DNA of 63,084 nt, counting the filler, from Patellaria atrata CBS 101060 (Eukaryota): NCBI GenBank assembly GCA_010093705.1. It is 5 parts of 5 records of this genome, joined end to end, with 100 filler letters (N's around TTAATTAATTAA, not from the genome) between each part and the next. Parts side by side here need not be neighbours in the genome. Positions count along the whole stretch, not along the records: positions 1 to 29,533 come from MU006106.1; 4 more parts are not named here. One strand, written 5' to 3'. Below are positions 10,969-24,644 of the stretch, in pieces. Position 1 is the stretch's first letter, and every line of letters begins with the position of its first letter. Under the pieces are notes generated by a model. The model was not told the DNA's origin. It made no database searches and saw only the letters and a program-made list of their open reading frames with translations. The position numbers and the translations under genes were made by a program.

Positions 10969-12379
10969 TCAAGTCTTTGCACTCCCAAAATCCTCTACAG
11001 AATCTGCTCTGTCCCAGCTATTTTGCTCTAATTCTCTCACCTTGCTTGTCAGATATCTGACTCTTTCCCCATACTTCTTCTTGGCTTGTTCTTGAAGTTC
11101 GAATGTCTGCCGAAACTGCTTCAACATGAACGGACGCAGGGGGGTCTTCTTCCCCTCTTTGTAATCATATACTACAATGTCTTCCACGCATCTGGCTGCA
11201 GGTCGTCGGTGTCGCTCCGAGAGGATTAAGACATCAAGTATGAAACTATTTGTCTCATCGGATGGCTTTGAACGCAGCTTGTGCATTACCGTAACGTGGT
11301 CTGGCCATGTCATAGGCTACCGCAAGACGTCAGCTTAAGTTCATTATCGGGAAGTGTACGCGACGGATGTCCAGATAATGGCTCAAGCTTGAAGGCTAAA
11401 TTCTCCGAACTCGAGAGTTCGCCACCGCGACTTGTATGTGATACGTGGAGCGATGCGGAGTAGCTCTCAGAGCATCACTTGACTATGCCGATGCAATCCA
11501 CGCCCATCACCATTCTAGCCAACCAGCCAAAACCTGGTGAGTAGTCATAATGGTGATTACTTTTTTGTTCAAAGCATGCCGGAACTTCGATACTATCTCC
11601 AGCTCATAGCGCACAACTTGCTAGATTCGATAAGAAAATGTACCACTCACAAACTTGAAGTCTGTCCTTATACTCCGCAGAATTAATCCTTCGCCTTGTG
11701 GCGTCCACAACTGGCTCCACTCCTTCTTGTGATGCGGATCAAGTATGTTTGCGAAGTTTTGGGCCCAATTAATTCGTGCAGATTCTGCGTAACGGTTATA
11801 GGTAACATTATTGACGTGACCTGCGAATATCGAATTAGATCCTCGAAAGAATACCACAGACTAAGAGATCTCTGTACCCTTTGTATCACTTAGTTATTTG
11901 CTTTCATGTGAAAGTGTCGACATAACTTACCATGCTATCCTAAATCACCCAAAGCTGCGAGATTAGCCTCGACCCGTAGTAAAGCTCAAAAGTACTGTAC
12001 AACAATACAAGCGCAGGTGAAGCTTCCGTACCATCTCACCCCACACAACTTCCTGTCGGAATAGGCCCTTTCGACCTGGGCCAGTGAGATAGCCTTCACT
12101 GCCTGCTATTAAATCCCTCCAATCCCGAGCAATCTCTTGACATATCTTTGCAGCTTCTATCGTGTGGTCTGGTTTGAGCCCAAAGGTCATACATTTTCCA
12201 ATCCGTATCTTAAGGTCCGATAGCCATCGAGGGTTCGAGATATTATTTGTTACATCTTCTTTGGATTGCGCTCGTGAAAGCCGGCATGATGTTGAAAAGA
12301 GAGCGGCGCGTCCGACGCGTTGGGCGGGGTTACAACTGGTCGAGAGGAAGGGGCAAAGAGCGAGATGTTGTTGCCGCAT
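10969..12379 (-). CDS. Hotdog-fold thioesterase (4HBT-like), probably mitochondrial; exons 12032-12379, 11931-11939, 11878 (1 nt, proposed), 11651-11820, 10969-11316
   Basis: Reassembled motif WGEMDSMGHVNNVTYNRYAESARINW, LILRSIRTDFKFPMTWPD, AARCVEDIVVYDY. The Arg-rich N-terminus resembles a mitochondrial presequence. Confidence 0.82.
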
Positions 12380-12699
12380 GTTACAATTGCGGATCTTTTG
12401 TACTCTAAACGCCTAGATACGACATACTACGCTAAATTTTGTATCGATTGACTGGGTTATCATGAAAAAAATAGATGGTCTAGGGGAATCAGTTCAAGCA
12501 ACGAAACCCGCAATTGAAATCGGCCAAGCTCGGCAAAACGAAGCGTCATTAAATGTCGTCTGGTGTTCTGATGTCAGAGCCCATCCCGAATACCGAACGG
12601 AACTGTCACCATTTTGAGCATCAAGGAGTCTACCTGAAGTAATACAGTAATGATATCTGATCGATATTGTGACATAACATTTCTCTACTATGGTTGAAT

Positions 12700-13127
12700 A
12701 TGGTTCCTCCTAACCCACAGTTGCGGCAACAAGTTATTAAGATCTATAAAGGTGCTCCGGACATGATTTCGTTACTGATCGATTTCTAATGGCAATAGAA
12801 CTTCTTTACTTGGGAAGAGAGTATCCTTTGGGGTATGATTACTTTAGATCTAGGCTTCACAAAGCTTTTGCCAGTCAGGCCGGTATAGAAGACGAAGAGA
12901 AGATTAAACAAGGAATCGAGAGAGCAGAATACGTAAAAAAGGGTACGTCACAAGTTCTTCTTGCCTTCCATTGTGCCACAACTGTTCTAATACTGCTTCA
13001 TAGAAATAGAAGCTTTGTAAGCAAAAGCGTGATACTCCTCGATGATGCGTATAATGTACATTAAAACGAATGCAGGTACTATCTCAAAAGGTATCGTGCA
13101 CTCAAGCAGCGTTATGACAAAACCTGA
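12700..13127 (+). CDS. LYR-motif protein (LYRM5/ETF regulatory factor 1-like), 4 exons
   Basis: [41 protein letters not shown]...[24 protein letters not shown] across three short GT-AG introns. Divergent from the thioesterase gene. Confidence 0.82.
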
Positions 13128-13188
13128 AAACACCACCATGCAGTCGCGAGTTGGAAGCCGCCAAAGTAAGTCGTGAGACTAGAAATCT

Positions 13189-14604
13189 CTAGATTTTCCG
13201 AGCCCACCAGGCTCCTAACTCCAGACATTCTCCACTAGAAGCCCCTTTTTGCTCCAATAGATCCACCATCATCCAACCCCACCAGCGTTGCCATTCCTCT
13301 TGATTCTTTCCGCTAACTTCCTTCAGTAACGGCTCCATGCTCTCGATTAACTGAATTACGGTTAGAAGAGCGGTATAGCGTAAGGCTGCTTGGTCCTCCG
13401 TGAGCACTGTCTCTCCAGCTCTCGCCTTGCCGCGGGCCGCCTCGCTCTCTCGCCGTTGGGACAGAAATCTCTCGCCAGAGTCCCTTTCCCATCTCAACTC
13501 ACCTAATGGAATGGCCACCCTTCTGTACTCTATGTCACATAGAAGATCTGGTTCCTGCAACAGAACCTGCGTGACTCTGGTACATGGCTGTGCGGGAAGT
13601 TTTCGTCTATCAAGTGCTTCTTCAATCCAGGCGTTCGAGTCATGGAGGTATTTGTTTTGGACCGGCGCAAAAGGCGTTATGGGGGAAATCATGAAGGTCC
13701 CAGTCGCAGCAGCACAATTTTCGTATTCTGGATGTTTGCCCGGCGGTGGCGGAGGATGCGGCAGTATAGATCTTATGGTATGGTCACAATCCCATATCTC
13801 AAATGTACCTCCTCTCTTAAGGACTCTGATCGCCTCGTCGGTGACTTTCTGGGAATGGAGTAGCGGTACGACTAGACTCATATCTTTCATTACTACTATA
13901 TCGAATTCTTCATCCTCGAAAGGTAAGGGCACTCGACGTAAATCATGTTGGACGAAACGCCAATCCATCCCCTGTTTTCGAAGGTCTGGTGCTAGTGGGA
14001 CTATATCTAATCCCGTGAATGAAACGTCATTCCACCCTAGCGTGCAAAAGTAATCGTGACACAATGACGACCAGTATCCGCTCCCACATGCAATCTCCAG
14101 AACTTTTCTAGGGCGATGTTCTACAGCATACGGGGAGCACAATGCTTTGCCAAATATTGTAGTGGCTAGGAGTGTACTCAGATTTTGGCGTTGCATTTCA
14201 GGGAGATCGACGGGAAGAGGATAAGGTAGGTCTCGAAGATATCGCCGGCCATGGCGTAGGATAAGTTGATTCCGTGCTGGAGGTGGATTATCTGTACCAG
14301 ACGTTGAGGAACTAGATATCGAAGCCGTCTTCCCTCCCGGACCGTCCATCGGTCTTATAGAATTGCTCCTCACCAGAGTGACAGAAGCATTCGACAGCGT
14401 CCTTGCAAGAGGTTCCGGTTCCGGGTTATCCCATAGCGACAGGGGGTCTACATTCACGTTCGCGGTCTTCGGTCTCACGAATTGCGTAGCTGGTAAGCTC
14501 GGGACGCTCTGATAACGGTACCTTCAAAATAAAAAAAGTCAGCAAACAACGACGTATGTAGTACCAGAACAGCGGGATATTCCACACATCATCCATTCTC
14601 CCAT
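13189..14604 (-). CDS. SAM-dependent methyltransferase-like protein (5' end uncertain, may extend further upstream)
   Basis: Class I motif KVLEIACGSGYWS, FTGLDIVP, LPFEDEEFDIVV, IRVLKRGGTFEIWD. Intron about 14522-14587. Confidence 0.72.
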
Positions 14605-16331
14605 TTTGAACGGTGTTTTTCCGGGTACCAGAGGAGGTACCCCACAGGTGCTAGTGCAGATCAGAGACGACGAGCGGTGACCGGCAGATAAGCACACGTC
14701 TCAGATAGAGCCCTTGGAGCAGTAGGCGACTGCAGTCGCGTGGGAGCAAGTGTAGGGGCTTCTGCAAAGTGTAAACGACCTGGACATGTCCGTGAGGTCC
14801 AAAGTTGCAGTAGGTGGGGTTCCGAGAGGAAAAGAAGGCTGGGAAGAAACATAAATGGGAGATCTTAAGTGAGTTCAAGTAATGCGCCTGAACGGCTGTC
14901 TTTGCAACGCCTCCTGTTGGTGCGCATGAGACCCCTCGGCCTTTGAACACCCCTCTTGTTCAGCTTGGGTTCATGGCCTTAGAATTGGCAGAACGTGGAG
15001 AGAAGCTTCATCCAATCATCACCATGAATTGTTGGTTCATGCAGGTTTCGCCCCTCAGTGATTCAGCGATCGAGCGGGAACTGCGAAAGGATATTTGGAC
15101 TTCTTTGAGCCACCTCTACCACTTCCTGTACGTAAATAGTTAGGACTACATAAACAGTTAGCCAGACGCGGGAACAGCATGGAAATGGCGGCGAGAACGT
15201 GGGAGGCTAGATCAGTATTGTCAGCTGGAACTGGAATAGTAGTATTTTGAGAGGCACCATTTCATATCAAGCATAACTGTGAGACGAAACTGTTCAAGAT
15301 CTACGGTATTCGTAGAACTAGCTCTACCAGAAGGTGACCTTCTCTTTCTTTGATGCAAGGAGGTCGTCCCGAAATAATAGAGTGACTAGATATCTGACAG
15401 ATACAGTTTCGGCACAAAATAAGAACAATCAATGGGACGGAAATAGCTGTAGACCGAATAAGATATGTTTCGATGCAAGCTGCGACTGAAAACTATGAAA
15501 AGCTATACTGTACTGTACGGTACACTACTCTACCGTACACTACCATAAGATATGCTCAGTACTGCTACGGTCAGGTACCTGTGCTACCCTTCAAACAGTA
15601 TCTGTGCTTGCATCGATTCATGAATATAAAAGTTGGAGCTGCCCTTACATATATGAATCACGTGTCACCGCCAAGTAGTGTCTTCCCTCACGACGCTTGA
15701 AGCTGTGAGTGCGCACCTCAACCTCTAACAAGCCCGCCCAAACTTTACCTGTTCTTATCGACGGCCATAAGGATAGATATCATTCTTTCAATCCCGTTCT
15801 TGTTGGCTCCCGTCACCATTTACCCTTGTGGACAGTTGCGCCTCGAGACTTAGCTCAGTCTACACTTCCGCCGAGCGTTTGTGCGTGTCTTTCACCCTTT
15901 CCGCAACCTACCTTCTTTTGATTGCATACATATTAGCACGGACCTAGTCTCATAACGCTTTTGACTGACATAAGGTAATCTAGATTTATCGTCAGCGCTG
16001 ATTCATAGGCACCTCTTCGTACACCTCTAAGATACAAACTTTGCGACTACCTCGAACCACGACTCAAGACAAACAAACATCGCGTTACCGAGTGCAGGAA
16101 TAATAGTCTGAACTGAAACGTCCGTCCCGGGTGTTCTGAGCGAGTGGGCAGGAGGAAATTCATCTCAATTAATGAATGATAACCGTCCGGTTGCCTATGT
16201 TAAGACGAAGAAAGCTCCGGATCCAGCCCCTTCCACTCACTTGATTCCTCCACACAACTCTCCCTCTACGTCCACAAGAACAACGATTTTTCTACCTGGC
16301 AGACAAGCCAACAAATTGAGGCTATCTTTAG

Positions 16332-18726
16332 ATGGCCGATGGTCCCTACCGGTTCCAACAGGGAGCCGGTCATTTCTACTATTCACAACACAACCAACAA
16401 AATCATCACCAAAGACACGGTCAACGCGCTGGATCGCCGGTCAATAACACGCGTATTGGCGGATTCAGTAACGACACTCCTTCTCCCTCACGATCACCGG
16501 GGCCGCAGTCCCCCGCACATAACACCTACGGCATGTACAACCAAGGCCACCACCAACATGGTCAACATGGGATGATGAACGGCGGCACTGGGCATCAACG
16601 ATATGCTATGCAAATGAGCATGAGCAAGCAATATCAGCACCAAAATCACCATAACCAGGGCCATCAGCACCAACAAGCACAGGATCATGCTGGTCACGGA
16701 CATGGAGCGCATGTTGGCGGTCATCAACATAACCTCTCCAGTGGGGGCATGTCCAACGTGCAGCCTCATTTCAATCAACATCACATGCAAAACGGTACAC
16801 CTTCAAGCTTGCACAGTGGTCTAAACAAACCTCCTACTGAACACTGGACTCTCCAGTTGCAGCTTGCGCAGGGAGCCCGAGAAATGACAATGGCGCATTC
16901 GCATGCACGGAACCACCCAATGGTAAACAAAAGCATAGTAGCGGGAGTGAGCAGTGGAATGAAGGAAAGGGACAAAGAGGAACGGAATCGTGCAGGAGGC
17001 GAGACAAATGACGCAGGGCGACAGAAACAGGTCTGGGCCGCATTAGATTTTGGAGGTCAAAATCTGAAAGTTATATCTCCAACGTTATTCGGATATCCGT
17101 TCCTTACAAAGTTGTTTTTGAATGCCAACAAGCTTTCCTACCTCCCATCAGCAATCGGACGGCTGCGAAATTTGACCCAGTTGGATCTATCGCTCAATCA
17201 GCTCACCGAGCTACCTCCGGAAGTGGGCATGTTAGTTAACCTCAGAGAGCTTTTAGTGATCGACAATAACCTCGAAACCTTGCCGTTTGAGATGGGGTCG
17301 CTGTACCAGCTGGAAATCCTTGGTGTCGAAGGTAATCCTCTTCACGATGATTTTAAATCAATCATCGTGGAGCATGGAACCGGCGAGTTAATCAAACATC
17401 TTCGTGAACAAGCGCCAGGTAAGTAACATTGGTAGCGGCGCATAGCATTTACAATAATTAACCTTTGTAGGGCCGGAACCACCGCGGGATCGGGATTGGA
17501 TATCCCTGGATGATTCGTTGGAAAACCTTGATGATAGATTCTCGGTGATAAGCTGGAACACTCTTTGTGACAAATATGCTACACAATCTCAATATGGATA
17601 TACTCCCTCGGCGGCATTGGACTGGGGACACCGTAAGGAAGTCATTTTGGACGAGATCCGGAACCGTAACGCAGATATCATCTGTCTACAGGAAGTAGAT
17701 CTCGAGAGTTTTAATGACTTCTTCCGTTCCGCACTCGCACATAATGATTACAAGGGAGTATTCTGGAACAAAAGCCGGGCTAAGACCATGGGCGAGAGGG
17801 AAGCTAAATTGGTTGATGGTTGTGCTACGTTCTACAGGAATAAGAGGTCTGCCTAATTTGATTCGGATCATCATAGAGTTCTGCTAACAGTTAGCAGGTT
17901 CATTTTGCTAGATAAACAGCTTATTGCTTTTGGAAATATAGCCATTAACCGACCAGACATGAAAGGCGAACATGACATATTCAACCGCGTCATGCCTCGA
18001 GATGATATAGCCGTTGTATGCTTCTTTGAGGACCGAATGAAGGGGACTCGATTGATTGTTGTCAATGCTCACGTTTTCTGGGACCCTGTCTTCAAAGATG
18101 TCAAGGTCGTCCAGGTAGCAATTCTTATGGAGCAGATTACCAAACTTGCCGAGCAATATGCAAAATGGCCGCCTTGCAAAGACAAAGCTCTTTACCGTTT
18201 TGCCGACGAAGACAAAATCGGAGAAGAATCGGCAGAGCTTCCAGAGGAGCCTGCACCGTCTATGGAATACGGTGAAGGTCCTCAAATTCCTCTTATAATG
18301 TGTGGAGACTACAACTCGCTTCCCAACGATTCTGGAGTGTACGAGCTTCTCGCCTCGGGATCACTTTCAAGCGCACACTCCGATCTTAACGGGAGAAAGT
18401 ACGGAAATTTCACGCGGGATGGGATGAGCCACCCCTTTAGCCTCCGTTCAGCTTATAATCACGTGGGAGAGCTGAACTTTACCAACTATACACCCACATT
18501 TACCGGCGTCATTGATTACATCTGGTATTCAACGAACGCGTTGAACGTGACGGGTCTACTAGGCGAGATTGACAAGGAATACTTGCAACGAGTGCCCGGC
18601 TTTCCCAACTATCATTTCCCCAGCGATCATTTAGCTCTTCAGGCGCAATTTTCGGTCAAGGGTAGGAAGGAAAAAAAAATAGTAGAAGCGGATTTTGGCC
18701 CGTCTTCGCGAGATAGAAGAACATGA
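16332..18726 (+). CDS. CCR4: CCR4-NOT complex deadenylase Ccr4 (Q/H-rich N-terminus, LRR, EEP nuclease); introns ~17419-17470 and ~17847-17897
   Basis: LRR repeats (LTQLDLSLNQLTELPPEVGMLVNL), SWNTLCDKYAT, ADIICLQEVD, MCGDYNSLP, IDYIWYS and FPSDH catalytic motifs. Confidence 0.95.
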
Positions 18727-19716
18727 GATTTCTAGCGAACCCTAACACACTCCGTTAATGACCGATTTCTTCGTGGAGTGCAGGGAAGTTCATATCTCTC
18801 TTGATTGGAAACTTGTAAAGCGGATGGGTGCAAATGGAGTTGTCTGTGTTATTTCAATGCCTACTTTGGCAAAGGGTACTTGGTTTTCAATTCTCTTCCG
18901 TGTGACCTTGAGTCGATTGGGTTGCATCTTTGGGGGGGGGAAGGGGAATTGCGGACGAGCGAGGATTGAAACATATTTCTGATTTTCCCGGGTTGCTTCG
19001 AATTCCTACTTCTATTCACGTTACGTTGCGTAGACTGAATTCGCTGGATCGCGGATGGATGTCTTTTCAATCTCTATTTTGGCTTATGCACGGGCAATGC
19101 TTTTGTTTTGACGAATTGTATTAGATAGTTCAATTGGCACAACGTCCGACCTGTATGGTACACTACGTATTGTGCAGGTCGAGATGAAGATCCTAAATCT
19201 ATGCTATCCTCCACATCATCGATCTCATATGACCCACTATATACTTGCTGGTGCCTTGGGGATGTAGGGAGTAAGGTACCTTACTGTATCCCCTGCTTTA
19301 CTCGGAGCATTAAATCGGGGACGCGACTTTGATACTTGGCATGTTTGACGTACTTTTGTACCTTATGCGGATAGCAAATCCGAGCTAATAATAATGAGGA
19401 AATTCCGCTACGAAATCCATCCATCGTCACCGTATCCGACCCGACTCTCCCCCCAGGCGGCTTCCTCAACCTTCCGGTCGGACTTTTGTCAATAATGTGA
19501 GCGGACATTTAAATTCTCTTCACCGCGTCTGCATTCTTCTATATTCCCCAGGAGTTGGAATTCCTCGCATTGCAAATGACTTTTGCACTCTCTCCTCCAG
19601 CTATTTACTTTGGTCACTTACTTTTATAGAGCTCGCGTCACCGGCTATCTTCCGCTGCTTCCGCCCGCACCCCACCCTCTATCCTCCTCCCCAACACCTC
19701 AATTCCCACGCCATAG

Positions 19717-21395
19717 ATGGGTCTCATCACTCTCCGGGATCTTGTCCAATTTCCCGCTGGCGACAATGATACCGACACCTTCATAAATGGCAGGCACTAC
19801 AATCTAACCGCGTTAGAATTGTACGACTACCGCCTCTTCGAGAACCACACGGGACAGTTTACCATCTCCAATGAATCGAGATGCTATCTGATATTCGACA
19901 AGTACCAGCCTTTCTTATATCCGAATGGCAGCTGGGTCAATGGCACTTCCTGCTACTTTCCGTATTACGAAATTGGCACACGGGGTGCGGCTGGTGTTGC
20001 GTTTGCGGCCTTGTTTACCGCGAGTATCATGTTTACTCTGATCAATCTGAGGAAGCATGGTAAACTATATCTAAGGGAGGATAGGCGCTTCAGAGTTGTT
20101 GGTAGGAGGTGGCAGTGGTATTGGATGCTATTTGTGGCAGCTTGTGCAATGATTAGCACACTCACAGGGGTCGACGTGGATCGAAACTATCTGCAAGGCC
20201 TGCCCATAGTTTTACAAAGTTTTTTCTTCTCATTGATGATACCTGGAACGCTTGCGATGGTGTGGGAAGCTACAAGACACTGGTTTGTGTCACTAAAGTA
20301 CTGGCCTTTGGTAACAATAGCTAACAATAATAGGGGCTCATGGCAAGAGAGACAGATCTGTGATCGCGATATATACGGTTTACCCCAGGATGATCGAAGA
20401 AGCAAGACGGAGTTCTATCTACCGCTGATTTTTTATCTATTTGCGTGGTTGGTGGGTAGCCTCCCTATAACGTAACATTTTCTTATTTCAATGATCTGCT
20501 TACCCTCTACTAGAACTTCTTCATGGTCATTCCCCGTGCCTGGGATCCCCTCCAGAAGCAGCGTTCGCTCTTACAGCAAGAGACAATTGCCGGTCCTTCT
20601 GCTACGGACGTTCGCATGAAAGCCGGCTCAATCATGGCAGCTATCGCCTGGTTCGTTATCTGCTTTTCACTCCGTCATAGCATCCACCACTACAAACCAA
20701 AGAATCGTGGCATGTGGAACAGTTTCAATGGATTCTGTCACTACTGTCCGACTAAGCTATTCCTTGCCATCGTACTTCTCGCCTTACGCATCGCCTACGC
20801 TATTGCCAGCGCGTGGGAATTTGACATAAGTCTTCTCAAGTATGACAGCAACCCAGCGTGGCCTTATACCCTTGGGTACGGGTCTACGATCCTTATTATG
20901 ATCGTCCTTGAAGTGGCTGGCTTTATCGACGAGAATGAGGATAAGATCCTCATCGCACAGCGCGCTGAACGTGGACGTGCTGCTGATGCGGAGCTTGGAT
21001 ATACCGCTAAACCGAACTGGTGGTCTAAGATGACAAGTCACATACACATGACGGACGATCAGCGCCTGCGAGCTCTGACATCTGAGGTCCATGGTGTTAC
21101 CCAGCCGACGGAAAGAGGTCTCGCGGAAGGCGTCGAGCTAGGCACGATGCCGCGCAACAGGTCTCGTAGTCGCCAACAAGGGGACCCTTTTACGGATATG
21201 CGCACTGGAGCTGATGGACTGAGGGGAGCTACTCTTGGGGCTGGAGCGGGAAGAAAAATAGGTGTGACCACAGCCACTACCGGAGGTACATTGACCAGGG
21301 AGACGAGCATGGCACCGAGTACGCGGACAACCGGAAGCGACAACACATTGACAGGAGTCCAACCTCAGACTATACGGAGTATGTTGGATATTTAA
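19717..21395 (+). CDS. Fungal multi-pass membrane protein (DUF2434-like), with introns
   Basis: NGTSCY, NLRKHGKLYL, GRRWQWYW and WEATRHW motifs, several hydrophobic helices. Introns near 20284-20333 and 20452-20513. Confidence 0.68.
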
Positions 21396-22431
21396 GGCAA
21401 TTCTTCATTGATTTTCATAATCAGGGCTCCATTGGTTGATATACTCTCGCTGTACACTCTCGGCACGACCTCGATTCAGGAGTATCCCTAGCTTTCCAGG
21501 ACCTGTACCATTTATTGTATCTACAGCTTGCAGTCATTTGCACAGTCTGGTTCATCACATTTGGGGGAGTAGGAGGCTCTTGCTTAAATCGTCGTACTGT
21601 AAGCCAGGGTTTCCACAACACGGGAGGGATGAGCGTTGATGGAAGAGAAGAACAGCATAATGAAGGAGTTCTGGGCATGAGGACAAAGAGAACTTAGTAG
21701 TCGATTATTATGCTCGTGACTAATTATGAGAGGAGGCTAAATGTAAAAAGCGGTATACTGGAGGTAATCTACTACAGATGTATTAGCTATACCATTGATA
21801 TATGAAATCGATTTGTCCCAGTGCACACTGAAGTAAAATAAATATCACTTAGGGGGTCTGAAAAAGCGCTCATGCAGTCCCCAGTTCGACATTTCGAGTC
21901 CCGCCCATGGTTTAATATTGGGATAGTTCTGAAGCAAAACCGAGATTTACGCTTAACTCATCTTAGATGAAGGTGTCCCTTTTGCCAAAAAGAAAGAAAT
22001 TCTTTTTATCGTTCATAATTTACTGTATGTGGTGGTTACATATTATATTCGCCCTTCACCCATTCCTCGTGCTCATAGGGTTAGTTCTATCGTTTTCAAC
22101 TGCTCCGATGCACGACACAATGAAGGACAATGGAAACTCAAAGGACTGGCCTTTTGCTTATCTCATACAGAAATTGCAGCGTGAAGACAGTCATGGAAAC
22201 TTCTCCAGCATTTACACTTAAGGCTTAAGAGTGTGCGAGACCGCATCTCGCAATATCTTTTGTGACATCCGCTTTGCTCGACGTATTTCCCTTGCGACGA
22301 CCGAACCCTTTCACGGCACCATCCACGTGTTTATTGTGACAAGGACGCGTCGATTTCGAATTATTCTAGTCCTGAAGCAATTCTATTAACTTATGGAACC
22401 CTCAGTCTTTTAAACATACTCTCAAGAAGTC

Positions 22432-24109
22432 ATGGTTGTTTGCAGATTCTTTCTACAGGGTAACTGCAGGTTTGGCGGTACTATAACCTCACGCAACTTT
22501 CCGACCTTCGCTAACCATCACCGTTTCTACAGCAAATTGTAGAAATGAACACCCTAGTTCAGAGTCGAGAAGTTCATTTCAGAACCAGAATCAAAACCGC
22601 TTCGCCGCCCTCCAAACCCCTCCTCACAACCGGTCAAACGCATTTCAAAACCCTCCACAAAACAGGAACAACGCGTTCCAAAACCCTCCACAGCACCGGA
22701 ATAACCATAGTTCGTTTCAGAATCTTCCAACAGGGCCACGGAGAGGTAATCAAGACCGAGGTACTGAAAGGCGAGGAGGTCGTGACCAACGAGACTATCC
22801 GTACCACCTTGAAACCGAGATCATAAAAGCAGATCTGACGAACGAGCTTCCAATATGGCCATTCTCTGCTTACGGACCAGGCCGGGATGCTCCAAGACAG
22901 CTATTTGGCGGTGAATTGGAACAAAGCCCTGAAGAGATGAGGTTGTTCTATTATAACTCGAAGGCGGCCGGAAATGTTCAGGTGGCTATTGAGGCAGAAC
23001 AAGCATTGTATCAGCAGTCTAGGAGACAGATTGACGCAGCTCTCAATGATCTCCATGGTGCAATTGATTACATCGTCACTGGGAAAGATATCCATCCGAA
23101 TCGTTGGGATGTTGTGAATATGAAAGATATCCCTCCCGGTCAAGCAAGCGGAAACCAAGTGTTTGGTCAGCCACCCGTACATCAAGGTGCAGCTTCTAAT
23201 CAAGCCGCATCTTCTGGTCAACCGGGAGCAGTAGGACCGGGTGCTTTTTTTGGGCAACCAACTGGGAGGGTGCAGAATACCACCTTCAGCCAAGCTGCTC
23301 CCTCCACTAACAATTCTGCCTTTGGTCAACCATCTTCTATGGGACAAGATGCTACTATGGGGCAGCCAAAATTTGGACTACCCTCAACAGCGCAAAGGGC
23401 TACTGTGGCCCAACCAACATTTGGAAAACCATCTGCGTCCCGGGGTATTATTTTCGGTCAAACGTCTAATACGGGCCAGTCTGCATTTACCAATCAAACC
23501 CAAGGTCAAGGGGGGATATTTGGGCAGGCTTCTGCGCAGACTTCTGCTTTTGGCCAACCCGATACTCAGCAATCCCTATTTGCACAAAACCAAAATCAGA
23601 ATCAACAGACGTCTTCTGCTTTCCAATCCTTTCCTCAGCCTTTACAACCAGTTGCCTCTAACGCTTTTGCTCAAAAATCACAAGCGTTTTCGGGCCAACA
23701 AGGCCTCCCTGCGGGTCCGTCATTGGCGCAAAATGCGTTTTCCCAGCATTTAAACGGCTCGTCTGGAGCAGCTCAAGCGAACGGGACTGGCTCTTTAGCA
23801 GTTGCAAGTTCAGACGATCCCAGAACTTATTCTACCCGGGACAACCAAAATCGTCTCCTAACATGGAAAGGGAGACCAGTCAAATATGAAGATGGCAAGG
23901 CATTCTACAGGCGGGAAGACAATGAGCTAGAGCGCATCTTCTTTCCTGAGGGCCCGCCTCCCCAAAATCCTTACACTGAAGAGTTGCCAGACGCATACAC
24001 AGACAAGGTCGAAGTCGCGTACGAGTATCTCATTAACAATGATAGTTTTCAAGACGGGGTCATGCCAGATGTAGCACCGAAAAGGGAGTGGTTACGCTTC
24101 GATATCTGA
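22432..24109 (+). CDS. CCCH zinc-finger FG nucleoporin (Nup42/Amo1/NUPL2-like); intron ~22478-22532
   Basis: N-terminal MVVCRFFLQGNCRFG-x-CRNEH CCCH finger, WPFSAYGPG...EQSPEEMR, multiple FGQP repeats and C-terminal GVMPDVAPKREW. Confidence 0.8.
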
Positions 24110-24644
24110 GAAGCTATATACTAGAAAAAGAAGTTGAAAAACTTTTGCATTAGCGGAGGCGCTTGGAGGTTTTGTCTTGGGTAAAGCGATTTGGTTCTTT
24201 TATGCTGTAGTTCACATATATTCGAAAATCTGTGTCATGTATAGAACTAATAGATCAGACATTCGGAAATTCACGATCAAGTGCTCCTCCCTGTAGCTGA
24301 TGTGTATGCAAGTGTAGGACCTTAATTACAAAAGTATAACTATCAGCAGGATATCAGACGAGAAAAGTTTAATTCGCATGTGATAATGTGAGGGTTTGAG
24401 GCTCCTACAGTACCTATAATAAGGCTGAAATAAGCTTTTTCCCAGAATTGCCTAAATTGTGGTCAAAACTTGTCCCTCCCACCCTACGTAACGACAATCT
24501 ATAATCTGGTGAATCAAACCAACAGCGTTCACTCACACGACGCAAAAGCTCCGGTTTCTTGAACCTAGAGGACCCTAAAACCCTAGGCATGGAGCATCAA
24601 CATTCCGTTCCCAGAACATCTAATCACTTCTGATAACTTGCACA

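Noticed and set aside
16172..16447. ATG-initiated ORF overlapping the CCR4 start out of frame
   Set aside because: TSS and leader splicing are unknown; it cannot be told apart from a chance ORF.
21851..21910. TTCGA T-loop-like words suggesting a tRNA (also ~29320-29345)
   Set aside because: No cloverleaf can be formed.
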